From an uncultured Solirubrobacteraceae bacterium (lineage in GTDB: Bacteria > Actinomycetota > Thermoleophilia > Solirubrobacterales > Solirubrobacteraceae), in the NCBI GenBank assembly GCA_963826995.1, contig CAWGYZ010000006.1, positions 269,917 to 333,916 on the forward strand: a stretch of DNA of 64,000 bases, read 5' to 3'. How positions within the stretch are numbered: position 1 is the first letter of the stretch; every line of letters starts with the position of its first letter. The notes under the pieces are model-generated. The model saw only the letters and a program-made list of their open reading frames with translations, did not search any database and was not told where the DNA came from. Both the position numbers and the translations under genes were made by a program. This document shows, piece by piece, positions 16,973-23,524 of the stretch.

Positions 16973-17721
16973 GCTTGGATTCTCTCCTCGCCGGTGCGGC
17001 CGTCAACCCCTCGGGCCTCAGCCTGGGCTTGTTGGACGTCAAGCACGGCCCGGTAGGCCAAGGCATCGCGCCGCGCGTTTCGATCAGGGGACGCGTCGGC
17101 GATCCGCAGGAGGTCCAGAAGGCCAGCCACCTGCACCTGCCGCCCATCGACCTCGACGGATTCCGAACCACGTGCAAGGTCGGCATAGCCCATCGTGCCA
17201 TCGGGAGCGTCCGTGATGAGGAGGTGCCCACCCGAAGGAAGCTCGTAGGTCCCAGCAGCTGCGTCGTTGGCGCCTACGCTCTCCAGTACGGATCCCACAG
17301 CATCCTGGCGGGCGCAGACCTCGACCGCGTTCGCGCTCAGCACGAGCGGCCAACCATGGAGCGCCCCTGCGACCTCTCCGATCACGATCACCGGTGCGCG
17401 CACGTCAGCAAGAGCCGTAAGCACGGCCACGATATCGCCGAACACCCCGGGCGGACTGAGCTGACGCACACGCTCGACCGGCCTGCGCCCGAGCTGGGTG
17501 GCGATCTGCGGCCACCACGAGCGGTCCTCCGGAAGAAGGTGAGCATCGAGCTGCAGTCCGCATGCCCCGGCAACGTCCTGCACGTCTTGGAAAGCGGGCT
17601 GGCGATCACCGCGCTCCCAACGCGCGATCGTCGCCTGCCGGCACCCCAACCGGGAGGCCAGCTCCCGCTGCGTCAGTTCCGCCCGGCGACGAGCCATTAG
17701 GATCACGTTCCCGCCAGTCAT
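16942..17721 (-). CDS. XRE-family HTH protein fused to a degenerate nucleotidyltransferase-like domain
   Basis: 259 aa. HTH: ARRRAELTQRELASRLGCRQATIARWERGDRQP. The C-terminal part (APVIVIGEVAGALHGWPLVLSANAVEVCA ... VQVAGLLDLLRIADASPDRNARRDALAY) parallels the downstream small NTase but lacks its R-x-T-x-D-x-D block. The ATG overlaps the stop of the upstream helicase remnant (ATGA), and the 3' end overlaps the next gene by 31 bp. Confidence 0.65.
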   Translation of the reverse strand: MTGGNVILMARRRAELTQRELASRLGCRQATIARWERGDRQPAFQDVQDVAGACGLQLDAHLLPEDRSWWPQIATQLGRRPVERVRQLSPPGVFGDIVAVLTALADVRAPVIVIGEVAGALHGWPLVLSANAVEVCARQDAVGSVLESVGANDAAAGTYELPSGGHLLITDAPDGTMGYADLARGSESVEVDGRQVQVAGLLDLLRIADASPDRNARRDALAYRAVLDVQQAQAEARGVDGRTGEERIQAWLSEQIPVA

Positions 17722-17945
17722 ACCACTATGGTATCAAGATCAGGCTTGCCGACCGCCAAACGCATCGATCGGGTAGAGCCATCCTGCGCCTCGGCGAGCG
17801 TGTAGCCAAGTGCGTGGTAGGTCTTCAGACGCCTGGCGAACATCCGTCGCAGCACGGGCAGCTCAGCGTCTGCATAGTCGTAGACGAGCGCTTCGTGCTT
17901 GCCGGGATGCGAGCGGTGCAGACCACTCCGCCCTTTGGCCTTGTT
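17718..17945 (-). pseudogene. C-terminal remnant of a helicase-like gene interrupted by IS21
   Basis: Own translation: NKAKGRSGLHRSHPGKHEALVYDYADAELPVLRRMFARRLKTYHALGYTLAEAQDGSTRSMRLAVGKPDLDTIVV*. The GR.HR.HPGK...VYDY.D..VPVL.RM...R...Y block is what I remember from the C-termini of actinobacterial DEAD/DEAH-type helicases fused to primase-polymerase domains. Confidence 0.5.
17940..17945. repeat. IS21 target-site duplication, left copy (CTTGTT)
   Basis: CTTGTT lies immediately outside the TGAGAG... terminus. An identical hexamer sits at 20544-20549. Confidence 0.8.
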
Positions 17946-18005
17946 TGAGAGTGGTCACCCGCACTGGCCCCGGCGCGGACGCTTCAACTGGCCCCACCCG
18001 CCGTC
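17946..18005. repeat. IS21 terminal inverted repeat (istB-proximal end)
   Basis: TGAGAGTGGTCACCCGCACTGGCCCCGGCGCGGACGCTTCAACTGGCCCCACCCGCCGTC, compared with the reverse complement of 20484-20543. Confidence 0.8.
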
Positions 18006-18109
18006 GGGTTTTGTGTGTAGTTGATCTTCCCTGATCGGCTCCTTGAGAGCTTCGCCGGTTGAAAACTGACCCCCCCTCTCGCTCGGTTGCTGATCAACAC
18101 AGCGTTGAG

Positions 18110-18898
18110 TCAGGCGGCGGCTCCCTGCTTCTTGTTGGCACGCGCGAGCCCGTGGCGAAAGCGCCAGGACTCCTGACCGGTGTCGATGATGTGGGCGCGG
18201 TGGGTGATGCGATCGACGACCGCCTTCGCCAGACGGGCATCGGGGAAGACCTTCGTCCACTCGCCGAAGGGGAGGTTCGTGGTGACGATCAGCGACGCCC
18301 GCTCGTTCCGCTCTGAGATCACCTGAAAGACGAGCTCCGCGGCTCCCTCGGGCAGCGCGAGATAGCCCAACTCGTCGAGTACCACAAGCTCGGTGCGGGC
18401 ATAGCGGGCGACAACCCGCCCGAGCTCGCGTTTGCTCTCGGCCGCCTGCAGCTCGTTGGCAAGGGCGGCGAGGGTCGTGAAGCGCACCCGCCGCCCCTGC
18501 TGGCAGGCGAGAATCGCCAGTGAGATCGCAAGGTGGGTCTTGCCGGTGCCCGAGTCCCCGAGCAGGATCACCGACTCGCGGTCATCGATCCACGACCCCT
18601 GGGCGAGAGCTGCGATCGTCGCCTGGGGGATCTTCGGGTTATCAGCGAAGCGGAACTCCGAGAGCTGCTTCATCAGCGGAAAGCGGGCATCGATCAGCCT
18701 CCGTCGTTCCCTGCGCTCTGCCCGCTCAGAGACCTCGGCCTCGAGCAGCTCGGCCAGGTAGGCGGTCGGGGTCTGCTGATCGCGTGTTGCCTCCTCGGCC
18801 AGCGCACGAAAGCGCCGGCGAACGGTCGGGAGCTTCAGCTCGACAGCGTGGGCCTCGATCAGCGCCTCCATCGCCTGGACCTTCGCCGGGGCACTCAT
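18110..18898 (-). CDS. istB: IS21-like helper ATPase IstB
   Basis: 262 aa with Walker A LLGDSGTGKTHLA and Walker B LVVLDELGY. It overlaps the istA stop by 4 bp. Confidence 0.9.
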   Translation of the reverse strand: MSAPAKVQAMEALIEAHAVELKLPTVRRRFRALAEEATRDQQTPTAYLAELLEAEVSERAERRERRRLIDARFPLMKQLSEFRFADNPKIPQATIAALAQGSWIDDRESVILLGDSGTGKTHLAISLAILACQQGRRVRFTTLAALANELQAAESKRELGRVVARYARTELVVLDELGYLALPEGAAELVFQVISERNERASLIVTTNLPFGEWTKVFPDARLAKAVVDRITHRAHIIDTGQESWRFRHGLARANKKQGAAA

Positions 18899-20427
18899 GA
18901 AGAGACCCCGACGAGCAGCCGGTCATAGTCACACAGCGTCGGCTCGGCGCGTTCGTGGACTGCGAGGTGCTCGGGCAGATCCTCGATCACAGCGACCGCG
19001 GGGCGCTCTGTCTGCCTGACGAGCAAACCGACGGCACGACCGTCGTGGGCGCCGGCGGCGAGTGCTCCCCGCACGGCCAGCTCAAGGCGGGCGGGGCTGT
19101 GCTCGCGGGCGAGCAACAGCACGTCGACCATCTGCCGTGCCGCCTCTGAAGGGCCATAGCGCTCGGTGAGCTTCCCCCACAGCTCATCAAGACACTTCGG
19201 CCAGTGCCCGCGCCGGCGCTCCTGATGCAGTGCGAGCGATCCGGCCAGGGCTCCCGGCTTCTGAACCAGCAGATCGAGGTAGTGGTCGAGCTGGGCTGAG
19301 ACCCCGAAGCGCCCGGGGAGGCGATCGTGGCTGGCGAGGATCCCCCCGCCATGGGAGACGGTGATCGTGCGTGCGCCGATCTTCGCGAGCACCCGGCTTC
19401 CGACGAGTGAGACCGGTACCGAGTAGCGGTTCTGGCGAACAGTGACCATCGCCTTTGCGTCGACCCTCGGCGTCGCCTCTTCATCGGTAGGCGCCGCTTC
19501 GAAGGGCAGGGCGTGAAGGAGCGCCCTCTCTGAGGCGAGAGCTTCCCCGACCGTCCGCTCCTGACCGGCGATGCGGCGGTCGAGGTCGGCCTCACAGCCC
19601 GCACGCAGGTGAGCGTTCAGCTCTTTGAGGCTCTCGACCCTCGGCACCGGCACGAGGTGGCGACGGCGAAAGCGCCCGACCTCGTTCTCGATGCCGCCCT
19701 TTTCATGGGCGCCGTCTATCCCGACGATCGTGAACTGCGACTCGAACAGGTAGTGCGAGCGCAGCGCGACGAAGCGGTCTGACTCGATGCGCCGACGGCC
19801 CTTGAGCACTTTCTTGACAGCCGAGCTCAGATTGTCATAGCGGACGAGCTCAGGGACTCCGCCGAGAAACTCGAAGGCCTCTGCGTGACCCTCGAGGAAC
19901 GCCTGCTGGGTCTCGTTCTGAAAGGCCACGGCGAACGCGGCGCCCGAGTGACAGAGACGCAGCTGGAAGAGGTGGACCTTCACGCGCTGGCCGCCGATCG
20001 TCGCCCACGCTTCGCCCCAGTCGACCTCGGCCTCCTTCCCGGGCTCGTGGTGCTGGGGTACGAATGCCTCGCCCAGATCGCCGAGCTCGCGCCGGCGGGC
20101 GTGCACATAGCGGCGGACCTGGCGCTCAGAGATGTTCGCGCCCTGCTCCTCGATCAGGCGCTGGTAGATCCGCCTTGCGGTGTGGCGTTGCTTTCGCGGC
20201 GCTTGGCGGTCGGCTTCAAGCCACGCGTCGATCAGCGCGTGATAGCTGCCGAGCGCCGGCGCCGGGCGCGATGCCGGTGGACGCTTCGGTGGCGGCACGG
20301 GCGATGCGAGCGCTTGGCGCACAGCCCTTCTGTGGACACCGTGACGGACGGCCAGCGCCCGCACTGAGAGCCCTTCGCGGTCGCGGTCCCTTCTGATCTG
20401 CTCGAACGTCTCCATGCGTGATCCCAT
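18895..20427 (-). CDS. istA: IS21 family transposase IstA
   Basis: 510 aa. N-terminal HTH (IRRDRDREGLSVRALAVRHGVHRRAVRQAL) and a DDE core region (…EVDWGEAWATIGG…VRYDNLSSAV…). The size and the pairing with istB are typical. Confidence 0.9.
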   Translation of the reverse strand: MGSRMETFEQIRRDRDREGLSVRALAVRHGVHRRAVRQALASPVPPPKRPPASRPAPALGSYHALIDAWLEADRQAPRKQRHTARRIYQRLIEEQGANISERQVRRYVHARRRELGDLGEAFVPQHHEPGKEAEVDWGEAWATIGGQRVKVHLFQLRLCHSGAAFAVAFQNETQQAFLEGHAEAFEFLGGVPELVRYDNLSSAVKKVLKGRRRIESDRFVALRSHYLFESQFTIVGIDGAHEKGGIENEVGRFRRRHLVPVPRVESLKELNAHLRAGCEADLDRRIAGQERTVGEALASERALLHALPFEAAPTDEEATPRVDAKAMVTVRQNRYSVPVSLVGSRVLAKIGARTITVSHGGGILASHDRLPGRFGVSAQLDHYLDLLVQKPGALAGSLALHQERRRGHWPKCLDELWGKLTERYGPSEAARQMVDVLLLAREHSPARLELAVRGALAAGAHDGRAVGLLVRQTERPAVAVIEDLPEHLAVHERAEPTLCDYDRLLVGVSS

Positions 20428-20483
20428 TCCCTCCGCCGCCTTCCGCTCGAGCTGCGTGAGCTTCGAACGGTGGGCGTCTGGTC

Positions 20484-20543
20484 GGACGGAGGTGGGGCCA
20501 CTTCAAGCGTCCGCAGTGGGGCCAGTTCGGATGTCCACACTCA
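20484..20543. repeat. IS21 terminal inverted repeat (istA-proximal end)
   Basis: Its reverse complement is TGAGTGTGGACATCCGAACTGGCCCCACTGCGGACGCTTGAAGTGGCCCCACCTCCGTCC. Confidence 0.8.
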
Positions 20544-20549
20544 CTTGTT
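20544..20549. repeat. IS21 target-site duplication, right copy (CTTGTT)
   Basis: See 17940-17945. Confidence 0.8.
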
Positions 20550-20797
20550 CTCCCATCGCAATGGGAAGACATCCTCGCGACGCGAAAGAGACCTGCGAAC
20601 AGCGCCACCTTGCGCTCCGCGGACCACATCACTCCCGGCCCAAGTGCGTGCTGGTCGTCGACCTGCTGCGTTGTCCGCTCATGTGCCGCATGCGGCTCCG
20701 CAAGGCGTCCGCGTGCGGCCTCAGTCAGCCGGTCGAGCTCGGCGAGCCTCGCCTCCTCTGCGGCAATCGCCGCGTCGAGCTGGATCCCGAAAGGCAT
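20550..20797 (-). pseudogene. N-terminal remnant of the same helicase/primase-polymerase-like gene (1-nt frameshift near 20580)
   Basis: From the ATG at 20797: MPFGIQLDAAIAAEEARLAELDRL...SAERKVALFAGLFR, then a frame change to RREDVFPLRWENK. Restoring one G in CGCG-TCGC gives LFRGREDVF. After removing the IS and one TSD copy, the RWENK frame reads straight into the 17945 fragment. Confidence 0.5.
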
Positions 20798-20832
20798 AGC
20801 CAGGATTCTCCAACCAGGACCGGCGCGAACGC

Positions 20833-21297
20833 ATGGCGCCTCAGCCCAAGACCACCCAAGCGATTCAGTCCGCGCTCCAGGCAATCATTTTGAGGATGGG
20901 CAGGCGCTCACGCGGAGGGCATCAACCCCAGGTCACGGCCGGACGTCGGAAGCCACCGCTCTCGCCACCCGCATCGATCACTCCCGCACGCTCACTGCTT
21001 GACACGATCGCAAGCGGCGAGCTCGACGAGCACCTCACGGCTATCGCCGACGCGGTCCACGCCCGCCACCATCTCCTGCAGACCGTCCGCTCGGCGACCG
21101 CCCTGGCCGAACTCTGTGTCGGCGATGACGTGCGCATCAGCGGCGCCATCAGCCCGCGCTATCTCCATGGTCTTCGCGGCACCGTCATCGACCTCGACGA
21201 CGGACGGGCCACCGTCTGCCTGCACCGCCCCGTCGGACGTTTCCATACCGGCGAGATCCGCTGTCCCCCGCTCGCCCTCGAGAAGCTCGTCAGTTGA
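20833..21297 (+). CDS. hypothetical protein (island-borne; start uncertain, 20833 or 20896)
   Basis: 154-aa ORF. The C-terminal ~100 aa look protein-like (LLDTIASGELDEHLTAIADAVHARHHLLQTV...VRISGAISPRYLHGLRGTVIDLDDGRATVCLHRPVGRFHTGEIRCPPLALEKL). No family recognised. Confidence 0.45.
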   Translation: MAPQPKTTQAIQSALQAIILRMGRRSRGGHQPQVTAGRRKPPLSPPASITPARSLLDTIASGELDEHLTAIADAVHARHHLLQTVRSATALAELCVGDDVRISGAISPRYLHGLRGTVIDLDDGRATVCLHRPVGRFHTGEIRCPPLALEKLVS

Positions 21298-21502
21298 CGC
21301 GCGGCGTCAACTGACCGACATGAGAGAACCACCTCAACGACCCGGGTGGTCGCAGGTTCGCCACCGCCGCTCACAATCCCAATGACCTCGGCGCGATGGT
21401 CGCCATACCCAGCGACGGCGGGCGTCGGGACGACGACCACTCAGAGCCTCCCAGCCGAGACCCCAGCGTCGCAGCACCAAAATCACCGTGCCGTTCCATC
21501 GA

Positions 21503-21514
21503 TTTGTTCCCCGT
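21503..21514 (+). repeat. third copy of TTTGTTCCCCGT, 63 bp from the tRNA-Pro 3' end
   Basis: Exact 12-mer match in the same orientation as the copies at 13441-13464. Confidence 0.8.
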
Positions 21515-21576
21515 GGGCCTGTTGGCCACGCACGTGGCCGAACAAGAAAGACGGCTCTTTGCAGGCTATTTCTTAG

Positions 21577-21650
21577 TCGGGGAGACAGGATTTGAACCTG
21601 CGACCGCCCGGCCCCCAGCCGGGTGCGCTACCAGACTGCGCCACTCCCCG
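21577..21650 (-). tRNA. tRNA-Pro (anticodon GGG)
   Basis: Reverse complement: CGGGGAG TG GCGC AGTCTGGTA GCGC A CCCGG CTGGGGG CCGGG CGGTC GCAGG TTCAAAT CCTGT CTCCCCG A. It folds into a full 74-nt cloverleaf with no encoded CCA. Confidence 0.9.
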
Positions 21651-21658
21651 TGGCTACA

Positions 21659-21729
21659 AGCGGGCGACGGGAATCGAACCCGCCCTAGAAGCTTGGAAGG
21701 CTTCTGTGCAACCACAACACTTCGCCCGC
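21659..21729 (-). tRNA. tRNA-Gly (anticodon UCC)
   Basis: Reverse complement: GCGGGCG AA GTGT TGTGGTT GCAC A GAAGC CTTCCAA GCTTC TAGG GCGGG TTCGATT CCCGT CGCCCGC T. 71-nt cloverleaf. Confidence 0.9.
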
Positions 21730-21843
21730 CTGCACGCCCATCTTACCTGCGCTGAGCGCCCGGTCACCGCCACCGCACGTCCGTTTGCGTTCCCGCCCGG
21801 AAAGGCGCTCGCGTCCGTCTACCCGGCCCCTTAGGGTCTGTTC

Positions 21844-22200
21844 GTGTCCCACAGGCCTCTGGCCATCCTCTGCGGGCTCACGCTCGGCGACTACCTGCTG
21901 TGGAACTGGTCGCTGAGCGCCAATCGCGGCGTGCTCGCGCTCGTGGCCGGCCTATCGCTGCCTCCACTGGCTTTGGCCTGCCTGTGGCTGCTTGCCGTCA
22001 CCGTCGGCCGCCTGCTCGCCCGTTTGGCTCGCCGAGCCGGCGCAGCGGCCGACAAACGCCGATATGCCGTCACCGCGCGAAGCCGGCGAGCGGCCGAGCA
22101 CCGAGCCCGCACCTCGGCTGCGGCCCGTGTTGCCGCGGATCAGCCGGCGGCGCCAGCCGCGAGCTCCCCGGCCCCCTCCCCCGGCAAGCTCGCAGCCTGA
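21844..22200 (+). CDS. small membrane protein, hypothetical
   Basis: 118 aa, GTG start. Two predicted TM helices (LAILCGLTLGDYLLWNW; VLALVAGLSLPPLALACLWLLAVTV) followed by an Arg/Ala-rich tail. Coding status is only moderately supported. Confidence 0.4.
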   Translation: MSHRPLAILCGLTLGDYLLWNWSLSANRGVLALVAGLSLPPLALACLWLLAVTVGRLLARLARRAGAAADKRRYAVTARSRRAAEHRARTSAAARVAADQPAAPAASSPAPSPGKLAA

Positions 22201-22221
22201 GCCGGCGTTCTCCTCTCACGC

Positions 22222-23505
22222 GTGAGTGACCGCATCGGACGTCTTCTGCCCCGCTCCAAACGCGCTCGCCTGGGCCTCGCGGCTGGGGTCGTGGTCGTCA
22301 TCGCGGCGGTTGCGGCGGGTGGGTATTCCTATGTGCGCCACCGCACGGGCAGCATCTACCACCCCCATGCGCGGTTCGTGCCGGAGCCCACTCCCACGCT
22401 GCCGGCGAGCGGGCCGGAACGTTTCGCCTGGCCGTTCTACGGCTACACCAAGAACCACACCCGCTTCTTCCCGGCACCGGCGCGCCTGCACCCGCCCTTC
22501 AGGCAGCTGTGGGTGCGAAACGACCACACCCTGCTTGAGTTCCCGCCGGTGATCTACGGAGACCACATCTTCCAGCTGGGAGACGACGGCACCCTGATCG
22601 CGGTCAACAAGCACAACGGCCACACCTTCTGGAAGCGGCGGGTGGGCGTGCTGTCGGCCTCCTCCCCCGCCGCCGTGGGCAGCGTCGTCTACGTCACCGT
22701 GCTGGCTCGCGGGCACGGAAGCAACTCCGGGCGGGTGCTCGCACTCAGCTCCAAGAACGGAGCGATCCTGTGGTCACGCGATCTGTCCAGCCCCAGCGAG
22801 TCCTCGCCACTCGTGGACCATGGCACTGTCTTCTTCGGTTCCCAGAGCGGCCTGGTGTATGCACTGAACGCCCACGACGGGACTGTCGTGTGGACATACC
22901 ACGCCGGCGGGGCCGTCAAGGCCAGCCCCAGCCTGATGGGCGGAGTGCTGTATTTCGGCGACTACTCAGGCCACGTGCAGGCGATCTCAGAGCAGAGCGG
23001 GCGCCGGCTGTGGATCAGCGGCTCAGGCGGCGCGTTGCTGGGCAGCGGCACCTTCTACTCCACGGCCGCCGTTGACTACGGCCGCGTGTTCCTCGGCAAT
23101 ACCGACGGGCGCATCTATGCCTACGACGCGTCCACCGGCAGGCTCGACTGGGCCGTTCAGACCGGTGCCTACGTGTACGCCTCCCCGGCCCTCACCAACG
23201 CCCCGGGTCTCGGGCCGACCCTGTATCTGGGGTCCTACAACGGGACCTTCTACGCGCTGAACGCTCGCTCGGGCCAGATCGCCTGGAGGTTCAACGGGCA
23301 CGGGCGCATCTCCGGCTCGGCAACCATCGTCGGGCGCACCGTCTACTTCGCCGACCTCGGCACGCGCAGCACCTACGGCCTCGGCATATCCACGGGTCGG
23401 CTCTCGTTTCAAAAGAACACCGGCTCCTTCGATCCCGTGATCAGCGACGGGCAGGACATCTACCTGACCGGCTACACGGGCCTGTATGGGCTCGCGCCCC
23501 GTTAG
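22222..23505 (+). CDS. PQQ-like (BamB-type) beta-propeller repeat protein with N-terminal TM anchor
   Basis: 427 aa with repeated units such as GTVFFGSQSGLVYALNAHDGTVVW, GVLYFGDYSGHVQAISEQSGRRLW, GRVFLGNTDGRIYAYDASTGRLDW and LYLGSYNGTFYALNARSGQIAW. Confidence 0.75.
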   Translation: MSDRIGRLLPRSKRARLGLAAGVVVVIAAVAAGGYSYVRHRTGSIYHPHARFVPEPTPTLPASGPERFAWPFYGYTKNHTRFFPAPARLHPPFRQLWVRNDHTLLEFPPVIYGDHIFQLGDDGTLIAVNKHNGHTFWKRRVGVLSASSPAAVGSVVYVTVLARGHGSNSGRVLALSSKNGAILWSRDLSSPSESSPLVDHGTVFFGSQSGLVYALNAHDGTVVWTYHAGGAVKASPSLMGGVLYFGDYSGHVQAISEQSGRRLWISGSGGALLGSGTFYSTAAVDYGRVFLGNTDGRIYAYDASTGRLDWAVQTGAYVYASPALTNAPGLGPTLYLGSYNGTFYALNARSGQIAWRFNGHGRISGSATIVGRTVYFADLGTRSTYGLGISTGRLSFQKNTGSFDPVISDGQDIYLTGYTGLYGLAPR

Positions 23506-23524
23506 CCGACGCCAGCCGCGGCTC

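Larger units (their letters stand above)
17946..20543 (-). mobile_element. intact IS21-family insertion sequence (2598 bp; istA-istB, imperfect terminal IRs, 6-bp TSD)
   Basis: The ends are TGAGAGTGGTCACCCGCACTGGCCCC... and ...GGGGCCAGTTCGGATGTCCACACTCA, about 50/60 matching as inverted repeats. Each carries two ACTGGCCCC motifs. CTTGTT flanks both sides, and both ORFs are full length. Confidence 0.9.
13316..21650. mobile_element. degenerate tRNA-Pro-associated genomic island (~8.2 kb, no integrase present)
   Basis: It is bounded by the intact tRNA-Pro (21577-21650) and a direct 44-bp copy of its 3' half (13316-13359). The content is TA-like/defence-like genes, an orphan, an IS21 and pseudogenes. 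A 12-mer is repeated near both ends. Confidence 0.6.

Noticed and set aside
21298-21576. Region between the island's last ORF and tRNA-Pro, searched for an integrase or excisionase gene
   Set aside because: It contains only short Arg/Pro/Ser-rich ORFs (e.g. 21346-21576, 21396-21755 running into the tRNAs). Nothing there looks protein-like.
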